DNA of 64,000 nt from the NCBI GenBank assembly GCA_010093705.1, contig MU006096.1, positions 704,004-768,003 on the forward strand, given 5' to 3'. The position numbers were made by a program, and so were the translations under genes. The stretch comes from Patellaria atrata CBS 101060 (lineage: Eukaryota). Below, in pieces: positions 13,207 through 25,778 of the stretch. The notes below the pieces were generated by a model. The model ran no database searches and was not told the origin of the DNA. It worked only from the letters and a program-made list of their open reading frames with translations. Every line of letters starts with the position of its first letter. Positions within the stretch are counted from its first letter, which is position 1.

Positions 13207-13705
13207 CGTGAAAGACTCTTTGAGAGGTTACTCCGTATCTATAACTGTTAGGTTAGTTGTAGTTGTGAAGATTGTCGTCTTTTGTCTGTCATTTGTGATC
13301 TGCCGACTGGTCACGTCACCGTTGGACCTCGGCTAGTTTCGAAGTGAATAACAGTACGGAGTAGTTCTGTTTCCCATATTTAGGAAACTCCTCGTGTTAT
13401 TGGATGTTTGGGCTAAGGACATTTGAATAATCACGTAAACAGGATTATAGTTCGCACGATATGAGGTAATATCAGATAACTTAGGGTGAAGCATAGGATC
13501 GGTCGGGGAGTCTCGTCCATCTCCGGATGTAAGCTATACGGCATACAATGCGGCACAGAAGCGCAGAAAATTGGATGACTAAGGTATAGTAGGTAGTTAA
13601 GTTAGTTAAGTTAAGTTAACTTTACTCTCGTCTCACGTCCAAAAAATAAATCATACTTTGGTGTTAAGATGGAATGAAAGATCAATCGTAACATGCATTA
13701 CAGAT

Positions 13706-15766
13706 ATGCGAAGGACCTTACCACCACTTGAGTCACTGACGACCAAAGTGACCAAACCCTTCCTGGAAGGGAAGCCTCCTCTCATCAGTATACGAAATGC
13801 AATCTTCTACCGTCAACATCCAGGAACGTCAAAACCTCCAGACCAGGATGCGCCTGAAAACCCACGACTATTCCCGCACTTAGAATTCACTCTTCCATCT
13901 TTCTCGAAACGTTCTGAACACTGGGCTATAGTGAGCCCCTCGTCTGTAGTCCGGACAACTTTTCTCCGGACCCTTCGCGGTGAAAACCTTGCCTTCCCCC
14001 CTACATCTCGATCATATCCGTACCTAGCAACAAAGGAAATCAAAGAAAAAGATCCATCGCTTCAATTCCCCGCAAATGCGATCCAATATGTTGGTTTTGA
14101 CGCGGAAAGGTCAGGCTTGGGTGGGAATAATTTGCAAGGAGCATACCTAAGCGCACGATACGAAAGTAGACGAGAAGAGACGGATTTCACGCTATCAGAC
14201 TACCTTAGAGGAAATACGGAGCTTAATGCCGCTGAAAACCTGACGTATCGCCCTCCCTCAGACCTATTGGAAAGAATCATACAAGACCTCAAGCTCCAAG
14301 ATTTGCTGGGTATGCCAGTATCTAATCTGAGCAATGGTCAAACAAGGAGAGCGAGAATTGCAAAAGCTCTTTTAAGCAGACCCGAGCTTCTGCTATTAGA
14401 TGGTCCTTTTAGTATGTGTATCCTGAATATGTTTTTCCACTCAACGACTGACATGTGTATGATTAGTGGGTCTCGATCCTCTTACTGCTCATTATCTCTC
14501 CGAGCTTCTTAACGGACTAGCCAAGAAGAGTGATCCTCGTTTGATCCTTTCCTGTAGACCTCAAGATGACCTTCCTGAATGGATAACTCACGTCATCTAT
14601 GTTGACGAGAAATTTTGGGTCACAACCTTAGGTGGGAAAGGAGTGGTGTTGGCAAATGTGCGTAAAGAAATTTCAAATGCAGGAAGACTGGAACAATCCC
14701 GGGAAGCGATTAACAGTGCTGAAACCACCCTCGGTAAGGAAGAGGAGCATTCCATAGGAGAGCCAGTAATCGAAATGGAAGGTGTACAAGTTAAATACGG
14801 TGAGCGATGTATCCTTGGAGACTGGACACAGAAAGATGGTAAAGAAGGATTATGGTGGAACGTCAGACAGGGTGAAAGATGGGGTATTTTCGGACCGAAC
14901 GGTAATGTTTAGTATGATATAAATCATACGAAGATGTACTAAATCTTTTCACAGGGTCAGGTAAGACCACGTTGCTCTCATTAATCACCTCAGATCATCC
15001 TCAGACATACTCAGCCCCGGTCAAATTGTTCCAACGTTCAAGGCTACCGTCCGCCGGCAAACCCGGAATCTCCATCTTTGACCTACAATCCCGAATGGGC
15101 CATTCCTCCCCCGAAGTTCACACGTTCTTCCCCAAGAACATTAGTGTTCGACGTACTCTAGAGAGTGCATGGGCAGATGCCCCCCTAGCCAAACCAATGC
15201 TTAATTACGAGGCGGATACTCACGTGAATGCGTATCTGAAATACTTCCGCGATGAACTTGATCCAAGACCGCCACCCCAGAGAAAGGGACGGTACGCATG
15301 GAAGGTACCGAAGGATGAGCGATTAAATCAGTTCGACTGGGCCGACGAAACGAATTTTGGAGAATTAAACTTTTCGGCGCAGCGGGTCGCCCTATTTCTT
15401 CGAGCCATCATCCGTAAACCAGATTTAGTGATTTTAGACGAGGCATTCAGCGGAATGGACAGCATAGCACGGGATAAGTGTATGCTATTCCTTGAATATG
15501 GGGAGAGTTTGAAAGTGAAGCGCATAAGACGCGCGTATTACATCGTACCCAATGATGGTACTGAAGACCCAGTGATAGTTAGTGGGCTTGAGGATAGACA
15601 AGCCTTGATTCTTATCAGTCACAGCCAACACGAGGTACCTGGATGTGTGAGAGAGTACATATGTCTTCCTGAACCGGGAGAGAGGTCACTTCCGAGAGTA
15701 GGAAAGCTCGATGGTCCCATTTCCAAGGACCCCAGACGATGGAAAGAGATATGGGGGAACGTGTAA
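13706..15766 (+). CDS. Soluble twin-NBD ABC ATPase, ModF/YDR061W-like
   Basis: YLSARYES, LSNGQTRRARIAKALL, LLLLDGPF|MGLDP, GPNG|SGKTT, VILDEAFSGMD, ISH; introns 14412-14466 and 14902-14954; no transmembrane segments; start codon tentative. Confidence 0.88.
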
Positions 15767-15947
15767 CACTTCTACTGAAATGCGGATTTGGATCGAACTG
15801 TACACTTTGACTGAACTGTACAGAATATCCATATATATACGAATATCTGAACCGTACATAGTAGAAAATGGTTCTAGGGAGATGGATAGATTTTGATAGA
15901 GTAAAGGGTTTGGTTAGTGCGAAGTTGAGCTCCTGAATATAAATAAA

Positions 15948-16507
15948 GGGGACTGTTATTTTGACACCCCTCTTAACTACATCGACATTGCCCCTAAAAA
16001 GGGAAGGAGGCTAACCCAAAGTGGCAGTCTGACCTTTCCCGTCGCTATGTAAGGGCGTGTAAAGCCAAGATCTAACTAATAGCACCAATATCTAAACGTT
16101 AGTATAGCTAAGGTTAGGTATACTATTAAAAGATACTAGCTAAATTAAGATCGTATCTGAGCACGAATTGAAGCTGAGTCTGATGCCGGTATCTGAGCAT
16201 GTGTTTAAGCTGAATCTTGAGCTTGAATCTGAAGACGTATCTGAAGACGTATCTGAAGACAAATCTGAAGACAAATCTGAGCACGAATCTGAGCTACCGC
16301 CATAGAATTGAGGTGAAGCGTTGAAAACTGTAATAAAACGGAAGGGGACACCCCACTAGAGGGTAAGTGTGTAAGGTAAGTGTGTAAGGTATACTTTACT
16401 TAACTACCTTTTTAGGTTAGTCTCTTTTCCTTTTTGGAGTTGGGTGTCAATGTAGTAAGGGAGGGGCGTTAACGTATAAAATGGGGGGTGTCAAAATAAC
16501 AGTCTCC
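15948..16507. mobile_element. Non-autonomous DNA transposon (MITE-like, probably Mutator/MULE-derived)
   Basis: Termini GGGGACTGTTATTTTGACACCCC / GGGGTGTCAAAATAACAGTCTCC (22/23 inverted match) plus ~60 bp of further imperfect inverted repeat; 8-bp TSD TAAATAAA at 15940-15947 and 16508-16515; TpA-rich interior. Confidence 0.9.
16152..16294. repeat. Degenerate 12-bp tandem repeat inside the TIR element
   Basis: Units such as tctgaagacgta, tctgaagacaaa, tctgagcacgaa. Confidence 0.85.
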
Positions 16508-16709
16508 TAAATAAATATATCAAACAACCTTCAAACAAAACTTAACTGCTTATTCGACAAATATCGTTGCACCCAAAAATTATTAACAAAGGAATGCAAA
16601 TCTCGCGCAAACTCCTACAAAACCCCCCCACCCCCACGAAAAATGCTCCCAATCCCCCATCCACTCACACTCAACCTCAAAACGCCCTACACCCACACAA
16701 ACGACAACA

Positions 16710-18282
16710 ATGTCCCTCCCCGGCCTCACCCTCCCCGGCCTCACCCTCACCTCCACCCCTCTTTCAGACCCAACACCGACCGCGACCCCGCCGCGCATCC
16801 ACGACCTCAAAGAGGGCACCGAATACCGCTTCGAAGTGCCGTTCACGCCGCGCGCGCAGCTCAGGCTTAAGCTCACCGCGGGCACGGCCGAGCTCTTCGG
16901 CACCGAGCTCGCGCTCAAGCAGACCTACTCCTTCGGCGCCGGGGCTAAGGGCGCCGTCTACACGTGGCATGGCGGGCGGCTGGAGGTCCAGGGGGAGGCG
17001 GACGAGTATGTGGCGGAGGAGACGCCGATGAGCGTGTATGCGAACGTGCATTTTGCGCTCGAGGGGATGCGGGGGAAGAGTGGAGGGGATACGGGACCGA
17101 GGGTTTTGGTCATCGGACCGCACGATTCGGGGAAGTCGAGCGTCGTGAGGATTTTGACGGCGTATGCGGTTAAGGCGGGGCGGCTGCCGGTCGTGGTCAA
17201 TCTGGATCCGAGACAGGGCGTGCTGAGTGTGCCGGGGAGTTTGACAGCGACGGGGTTTGGTGGTTTACTTGATGTGGAGGAGGGCTGGGGGTGTAGTCCT
17301 ATTTCGGGTCCGCTGGGTTTGCCGGTTAAGATGCCGTTGGTTTATCATTATGGGCAGGCGAGCTCGGAGGATAATCCGAAGTATTTCAAACCATTGGTTT
17401 CGAGGTTGGCGCTTGCGGTGACGAGTCGTTGGGAAGGTGAGGGGGGTGGCATGGTGGGTGATGCGGAGGCTAAGAGCAGTGGGTGTGTGATTGATACGGA
17501 TGGTGGGATGAGTACGGGAAAAGGAGGCTATGAGAACATTGCGCATATCGTCTCTGAGTTTTCTGGTACGTATATATCATTGTGTAGAGCAAGAATCTTT
17601 ACCTCTCCCATTACCCATCCCCTTTCCTCCAAGGACAAAACCCTTAGCTAACCCTTCCGTAGTCAACGTCCTCCTTGTCCTCGGCTCCGAGCGCCTCTAC
17701 AGCGACATGACCCGCCGCTTTTCCCCAACCCCCTCCGACTCTACCGACCCCGTCCACGTAATCAAGCTCCCTAAATCCGGCGGCTGCGTCCAGCGCGACG
17801 AGACGTACATGAAGACACTGCGGCACCACCAAATCCGCGCGTACTTCTTCGGCCACGGCAACACTACGCTATCCCCCTACACGCAAATGGTCGACTTCGC
17901 CTCTCTCTCCATCTTCCGCATCCCAGCCTCGACCTCGACCACCACCTCCTCCTCCTACGACCCCGGCGCCGACGACGACTCCGACGACATATACGCTCTC
18001 CCTCCCAGCTTGTCGAAGAACACGAAACCACGGAGTAGGATCTTGGAGCCTGTTGAGGTCGGCTTGGGCATGCAGAATGCGATTCTGGCGGTCACAACGG
18101 CGGATCCGGGGGAGAGCCATGAGGCGATTAGGGACGCGAGTGTATTAGGTTACGTGTATGTGGCGGATGTGGACGAGAGTAAGAAGAAGGTCAAGCTGTT
18201 GACGCCGGAGACGGGGCGGGTACCGGCGAGGGCGATTGTGTGGGGAGGTTGGCCCGAAGGGGTGGGAGATTTGGTTGGGTAG
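16710..18282 (+). CDS. CLP1: mRNA cleavage/polyadenylation factor Clp1 (polynucleotide 5'-kinase family)
   Basis: EYRFEV, GTAELFGTEL, YTWHG, EYVAEETPM..Y.N.HFALE, GPHDSGKS, NLDPRQG, GSERLYS, KSGGCV.R, IRAYFFG; intron 17566-17662. Confidence 0.94.
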
Positions 18283-19101
18283 TTGAGCAGCTGGGGTGAA
18301 AGGAAATGTGCGTGCTTTATTTTACTCGGGCGGGTAGAGAATCTTATGGTTTCAGTGTCTGAAGCGGGTAAAATGGAAAGTCGATTGGTGCAAGGAAGGG
18401 GTAATCAAAAAGCTCGGTGGGTGTTATATCCCAGGATCCTCCAAACCGGGACCTTAGCTCTAGTAGATGGTCCACGAAATCCATTGCTTGCGGATCTGCA
18501 TTTTATGCCGCATTTATAAGGCTTCTATCGAAATAACACTACTTGATGAGGTAGTATAAATTCAACTTGGCACTGATCTACACAATGCTAAAACAACCAG
18601 TCTTTGAATATAAATATCTCTGATAATACATGTTTGTTCGTCAAAAATTTTCTTCCCCAATAATCCTTCCCGAACCACTGAATCCGAAAGATCTTGGTAT
18701 GACTCAAATCCCAGGTTAGATAATAGTGATATACGCCGCTTTAGCCGAAATATGATAGTACATGTATGATATGCCTATAAGAGGGATCCAGGGCCAAAAC
18801 TGTTCTAACTGCTACGATTTTGTGCAATCTGAAAAGTGTACCGCCATGCTGATGGTAGGGTTGAGAAAGCTCTCCCACAAAAGAACGCCCTAAATCCTTT
18901 TGATGCATTCAAAGAAAATTTGCACAGAACGTGGAATTAAATGCGACTGTCGATCGTAACCCCTTACCAATCCGTGGATCTAAGAATAAACCAAAAACTC
19001 CCACAATGCCGGGCCTGATATTGAAAAAGCGGTGTTCCGCTCCAGAGCTTAGTGACAGTGCTCTAGAGCGCCGCAGCGGAATCTTTGCTACCCTGTTATT
19101 A

Positions 19102-21284
19102 TCAAGATCTATTTGGTGACGAGATGAACGGAGGGGGCGATAAACCCCATCCACTGGGATCTGAGCTTCTCATAAGTTGAGATTGTAGAGCATCTGATTC
19201 ACCGGATTGAGGTGATGACAAACTTTACCCAGGCGACTTTGATTTCGTGAAGTGCGAGAAGGAAAGGGGGTCAACCGGGGAAGAGTGAACGTGTTCCGTA
19301 TCACCAGATGGAGGTGGTGACATGCCCCATCCAGGAGTCTCTGGGTTCGGGGGGTAAGAGGGCACAAGAAGGTTCACCAGGGTAGAGTGAACGTCTTCCG
19401 TATCGCTAGATGGGCGGCACGGTAGTCTCGATCCGGGAGTATTAGACTGATCTATAATATTGTTCGAAGACGGCGGTAAGTCCCAATTACTGGCGAGGCT
19501 TTGAAGCCTTGGTTTAGAGGCCGAGTGCTTTGGTAATTCTGACCCAAGTAATTCTTTACCACTTGAGCCATTGTTGTCCATATGCTCCTCCTGAACTTCA
19601 CCTGCGGTTTTGAACGAATGCGGCTGTGAACCCAAACTGCTCAAGAGAGTTTGAATTGCCAGCTTGGGAGCTAAGGGGGCTCGCAGTTCGAATCTGGGTT
19701 CGGATAGCTGATTGATTTTCAAGCGATTGTCGTGTATAGTTCCCTCTTGAAGTGGATCTATATCGGTCTCTAAGTCTTCCGAATGATTTTCGCCTGTAGA
19801 AGCATTCTCGTTGGATAGAGCTCTCCACCATTCAATACTTTGACCTCTTTTTAGTAGATGGGCCTACAACTTTTGCCGACTCACGTCAGCCTTTAAGTTT
19901 AATTTGTCCATCTCCAATTTCAGTTCAGCAGCGATGGCAGAGTCTGTCACGAATTCTAGTCGACGTGTAAGGATCGGAGAGTACTCAAAGCAAGCCCTTT
20001 GATACATGTTAATCCACTTCTTTAACCATGTTCTCCATTCCTCAGAAACTCTGAACGTTTTAAAAGATTCGAGGAGTCCCAGCTTATCATAGAGGTCACG
20101 AACATCTAGGGACGCTCTCAACAAATATCTTTTGAAGTAAAACTGAAATAAAACCGACCGCGGTTGATGTATGCTTGGTAATCGTAGTCGAGCGTCGGAA
20201 TGCTTATAGGACGCAACATTCAGTTGAACAGCTTGACGTGTGAACACGGCAAGGTTGAAAAGGGGGCCGAGTCTGTTTAGTGTACCCAAGCGACGCAGGT
20301 CATCCATGAGCGAAATAATGCTAGAAAAATAACAATGTTTGAGGTCTCTCATCGTGTCTCGCTCTTCCGAAGGTTCCCGTTGTTGTTAAATTAATAAAGG
20401 CTCTATGGAGGAGTAAAATCTTGATTGTATTTTGTTTGAAATTGGGTTATCATGGTAGATAATATCTTCCGTTCGATTTCTCAATTGTGGTAAAGATGGA
20501 CTACTTCCTTCTGAAGATGGCAATATAGAAGCCATAATCTCAATCGATGCATTGAGAGACGATATCCTTTCAGTGGCTGTAAATGAATCATTTTTAAGAG
20601 ATCTGCAAGAGATCTAATAACTTCCCGATCACTGATGTTATAACACTTAGCGCCAATGGCCTTGGGTTCTACAATCCGAATTAAGCTTTGATTTTTGGGA
20701 ATGCGGGGACTGGATTTCTCAAGTCTTTCTAGTTACTCGGAGAATTTGCGATCAGCGCAGAGCAACCAAGAAAGGGAGCGCTTTTTAGGGATTATTGGAG
20801 AATCAAGTTCACTCCTAAGAAACTTTCGTAATTTTGGAAGCGGGTGTGGGATCTCTGTATGGTCGCCAGGATGTAATGGCTGATATGTTTCATAATCAGA
20901 TCTCTGCGGAGGTTCATCTTCTTTTGTAGTATACAACTGCCGGTACAGTTCGTGATCAGATCTCAGTCGAGGCTCATCCAGTTTTGGTATGGATGTATGT
21001 CCATTTTCGTCTGCAGTGGCTAGAGGTCTAAAGGCTATTGAATGAGACTTACCTAATTTCGCCCCACAGAAGACCTGGTTATCTGAGTGATACGCACTTT
21101 GTGAGGATTCTTCTCGCGGGTCGATTCGCAAAGCAACAGTCGGCTTTCGCTTTGAGAAGCACCGCTTATATCGACATTGATTGACCCTGAAACCCGCAAT
21201 GATGGAATTTGACACACGCATATCCCCCGAAAAGAGCAGCGATGGTATGAATTTGCCCGAAACATGGTTGAAGGGTGGCTTCAT
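19102..21284 (-). pseudogene. Disrupted ~720-codon gene of unknown function
   Basis: ORFs 20733..21284, 19864..20352 and 19225..19722 join into one frame after reading through TAA (20733), TAA (20386), TAG (19864) and TAA (19225) and removing an 11-nt insertion at 20605-20615; repeated GWG(M/L)SPPP motif on both sides of the last stop; 5' start uncertain. Confidence 0.75.
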
Positions 21285-23096
21285 TCGGCATTATAAGGAT
21301 GTTAACGGGAAAGAATGAGATATTTGTTGCGGCACTCGTGGACGCGTTCGAACGACGTTTGATTGTTAACAAGGAAGAAAGGAAAGCGCGGATCATTTCA
21401 GGAGAATCTAAACGGATGCGTCGTGAGAACTGAGATTGCACGAATAAATTGCAGCGGTACTTATTGTCTAAGAGCCGCATATTTGGTAGAAGATTGGGAC
21501 TTGAAGTTAAACCTAAGGTTGAATAATGAGAGGCAAGTTTACCCTAATTCTAGAACTAGACTAAGGTAGTTCTGGGAAAGCTGCCGGCTAAAGCTACTTT
21601 TATTAAGTAGCATTATAGTAGGAAGTAATAAGGAACTTGTTTATAATCGATAACGTTACGGTAGATAATCACGGATAATGCTACTTCGTAGTCCTATTGT
21701 TGCGGCACGTTCCTCCTTCTTCCACTGGTCGCGTAGGAAGACAGGAACCGTCCTGTCTGAAAATATGATATCGACAACCGACATTGAGTCGTGTTCTCGA
21801 AATAGTCCTAGTGGAAGCTTCGATGTTAACTGAGCACTAAAGATGTTGCTATTATCGTTAACTGTAATTTTCGAGGTCTGGCGTGCAAGAGACAAAAGTT
21901 TACCCTGAGATAGTTAAGTACAGTAGATCATGGATAATTTGATAGGTTAGATATATTTGAAAACCTGTTCGTCTAATTAATTGATGCAATGGATCTCAGC
22001 TAGCTATCTTAGCTACAATCCATGCCGCACCTGCGCAGCGCTGCCCACAAACTGCGGGTAGAGCAATTCGAACGCTCGTGGTATTGGTATTGCTGAAGAA
22101 AATACTTCTATCCAGTCACATTTCAATGCTAGAAGTATGAGTTCCCTAGATTTTAATATATTGGACTTATCATCTAATTCACAAATAGGTTCAGTAATCG
22201 TGAATGAGTGACCGGTAACGGCTAAGTGCTGTCAACTCTTCCACAACTCCATTGAGTGACCCAGTCTGCGATTCTGACAAGATCCTCAACCTTAGTAAGG
22301 AAGCTTTCTCAAATTACTATCTCGCAATAAGAAAACAAACTATGCAGAAACATATAATCGCATCTCTTCAGCAGTTTCGGGGGGTTGTTAATACGATACT
22401 TATCTTTCTTGATTATTTCAATGATAAGGATGCCTATGTCTATGGGGATTCAAGTTTTGATTGTGCTCTTTCCCTAGAGATGATGTAAGAAAACCCTGTT
22501 GGGAACTGTAGTGTCAAAATTCTTAATATATGGCTATCGTTGAAGGGGAGGGAATAAATGATCAACATCCTCTACTTCGCTCCTTTTGACGTTCGGATCC
22601 AAATCTGCTCGAAGTCTCATGACATTATCTTTCTCTTAAATAAGGATACGTAGAATAAAAGGATAGACATATAAATTGGTTCGCACTCCGTGAGTAATAA
22701 ACGGAAAATAGCCAGAGATATACTTGAGAGAGTACGAAATTCGGCAGATTACTCATAATATTTCATGCAGCACCCCAGGGAGAACCAGCTTGGGAAATGG
22801 TGTAGATTATCATCCGACTCGGTTGAAACGATCAAAGCCGCCGAGTAAACGTGGAAACCCCGTAGAAGCATTCGGATGATTTGTTTTTAAACCTGGTATT
22901 CTTCGATGAGTGATGCAAGGTGCGGTAGATTCGCGCCATCGTTGAGTGTTGATTGAGGTGGTTTCGGAGCGGGGAATCCTTTCGTTCCGACGCCAAGACT
23001 CACCTCCAAACCCACAAACGAAATTCCACTACGCACGACAGCAATAGCGAACTTCGATTGCGAGACCAACAGCAACCTCCCCACGACTCGCCCAAA

Positions 23097-23911
23097 ATGA
23101 AGTACATTCATTCAGAAGAGTCGCTAACGATCCCAGACAATGGTAAGCTGTCGCAGCTTCTTCGAATCGCATTGACGAGCAGAGAACTTATAACTATCTT
23201 AGTCAAGGTCCACATCAAGACTCGAGTCGTAACGGTTGAGGGCCCACGAGGTATACACCCATGGACATTACAAGTTTCGGATGGTTGAGGACTAATATGA
23301 TAATAGGAAAACTTACAAAGAACCTCGGACATCTTGCTGTTTCCTTCTCACACCCGAAAAAGAACGTTATCAACATCGAACTCCACCACGGCTCTCGCAA
23401 GAATGTCGCTACCCTCCGCACAGTCCGAACACTTATAAACAACTTGATCATTGGCGTGACAAAGGGATTCAAATACAAGATGCGATACGTCTACGCCCAT
23501 TTCCCGATTAACGTCAATATCGACAAGAACGCAGAGACCGGTCTTTACGAGGTGGAGATTCGGTATGTATTACCGACAATGGAAAGAGTAATATTTAGGG
23601 TAAAATTAGACTGATATGGTAATAGAAACTTCATTGGCGAGAAGATTGTCCGACATGTGACAATGCAACCTGGTGTCGATGTTGAGACTTCTAAGAACCA
23701 GAAGGATGAGATTCAACTGACGGGCAACTCTTTGGAGAACGTGTCGCAAAGCGCGGCGGATATTCAGCAGATTTGCAGAGTCAAGAACAAGGATATCCGA
23801 AAGGTTTGTGGAAACCGTTCAATTCAGCGGTCTGAACACTCACTAATGCGATAATAGTTCTTGGACGGTCTGTACGTATCGGAGAAGGGTAACATTGATG
23901 AAGATGCGTGA
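23097..23911 (+). CDS. RPL9: 60S ribosomal protein L9 (uL6), 5 exons
   Basis: MKYIHSEE...[10 protein letters not shown]...[21 protein letters not shown]...NFIGEK...[19 protein letters not shown]. Confidence 0.97.
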
Positions 23912-24163
23912 GTGGGATGAAATGGGTGGTTTGTAAGAAACGGTGCTTCTTTGCGGCATAACAGCATTCGGCGCAAATCTAGTAGTTCGATGCAAAATTC
24001 TAACGGTTCAAATCAACGTCTATCTGCACCAGGTCTGAAATTGCGACTTATTGTCTTAATGCTCACTCTAACATAGTCCTTGGGATTCTGTATGGCGCGA
24101 GTGAACACCAGATGATATCCCCGATATTCTCACTTTACGCCCATGGATGTATCGTTTCATAAC

Positions 24164-25778
24164 TTACTCTGTATCAACAGTTACCTCAGGCTCAATCTTC
24201 ACATCCGTCAATCCTTTGAACTCGGCCTTTAACCTTTCCTCAGATACAAGAAAGCTCTTCGGAAACCAATCGATTTCCTCCACCGTACCACCTCTCATCA
24301 GATGTGTCAGAGCTTCCGCACATTTCAAACAGAGTACCATACCTGTGATAATCATACATCAGCCCAAAACATACAACCCACAAACCAACATATTGAAACT
24401 TACCATGTCCATTAAAGCCAGCACTAACCCACAACCCCTTTTTGGCCGGTAGCTCCCCCACAAACGGATGCCCATCCGCAGTCGCGCCCATAATCCCAGT
24501 CCACTCCTTCTTAACCCTCCCCTCCTCCCCTTCCACATCATCCCCCCAATTCGGCCTGAAGTAGTCCCTCGCAACGCCCTTAAGATACAGGGAATTCGTA
24601 GGATTCAGCACCGAATCGTCCGTATTACCATATTCCGAGATCCCATTCTTCGGTAAACGTCCGAGACCTCCCCCAATCACGATATCCCACCCTTTCCCAG
24701 ATTGCCCTGAGAGGGGCCGTGGAACCATATACTCATACCCATGCTTGTAAATAAACGAATACGTAACCGGAAGCGCGTCCTCCGGCATCCCACTCCCAGG
24801 CCTCTGCGCGGTAACCTGTCCCCTCAACGGGACAATGACCCCCTTAAACTCCCGCGCTATGTGCGCTGTATACGCATTCGTAGCCAAGACGACATTTCTC
24901 GCCCTGACCTCCCCCCGTTCCGTCTGCACGATCCACCTATAAACCCCCCCTTCCTCCTCCTCCTCCTCCTCCTCCTCCTCCTCCTCCTCATCTACCGGTC
25001 TAACACCCACAACACCCGTCTCAGTCTGCAGATTCATCCCCCGAGCCACACACATCTCCACCAACGCGGTAGTAAACCCATACCCACTCACCCGACCCCC
25101 CTCATACACGAACCCACCCCTCAACCGTCCTCCCAGTCCATCCTCCCCCGCAACCAAGAACCTTTCCCGCGTCGCTTCCACATCCAAGATCTCATACCCC
25201 CCAATCCCCTCCTTACCGAACGCCTCCCTCATCGCCTCGATGGCCGCGACCCCCGCCTCCCACGCTTCCGCATCATAAACCACATCCACCGTCTCACAGG
25301 GGAAACTTTCCGCTCTGTTTCTGAGGAAGGGATGGGCCGCCAACGCGTGCACAGCTCGTATGTTCGCGCGTTCGAGTTCCGCTATCCTGCGCGCTTCGGC
25401 TGCGCCGTGGGCGCATACGTTGGAGGCGTAGGTCCGGTAGGAAGCCGCTTTGGTGTGGGCGCCGTTGCGGCCGGTGGCGCCGGAGGTGAGGGGGCGGGCG
25501 TCGAGCATTAGGACGGTCGCTGTGGTGCTATCGGGTACATCTGTGTTCGTGCTGCTTTCGGGCCTTGTGCGCGTGTGGGAGGAGGGGAAGAGAGGGAGTA
25601 GGAGGTTGTAAGCTACACAGGCGCCGCTGATGCCGGAGCCGATTATGAGGGTGTCGGCTGTCGTGGGGAGGCTGGGCGTGCTGCGGTGGGTTGAGAGAGG
25701 GTGGGGGGTGGTTTGCCAGTAGGAGGGGGTTGGGGTGGGGTAAGGGAGGGAGACGGGGATTTGGGCGCGGGTTTCCAT
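24164..25778 (-). CDS. FAD-dependent oxidoreductase (DAO/PuuB-like family)
   Basis: TPSYWQ, IIGSGISGA, SGATGRNGAH, VLATNAYT, PLRGQVTAQRP, WTGIMG.TADG.PFVG, AGFNGH|GM; intron 24343-24403. Confidence 0.9.
24952..24989 (-). repeat. (GAG)n microsatellite encoding poly-Glu
   Basis: Uninterrupted tcc repeats on + strand; translates DEEEEEEEEEEEEEGG. Confidence 0.92.

Noticed and set aside
13593..13620. GTTAA-type short tandem repeat as a telomeric seed
   Set aside because: Not TTAGGG; short low-complexity run
16152..16294. CRISPR-like array
   Set aside because: Contiguous 12-bp units with no unique spacers, inside a eukaryotic transposon
16714..16748. 15-bp duplication at the CLP1 start (LPGLT x2)
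   Set aside because: In-frame slippage in a variable N-terminus with no evident consequence
19864..19866. TAG restored to Trp by A-to-I editing or readthrough
   Set aside because: The same gene also has three TAA stops and a frameshift, so pseudogenisation is the simpler explanation
24741..25511. 256-aa antisense ORF (also 53866..54522 and 3451..3948)
   Set aside because: Shadow ORFs opposite well-supported genes in GC-skewed DNA, with no recognisable motifs
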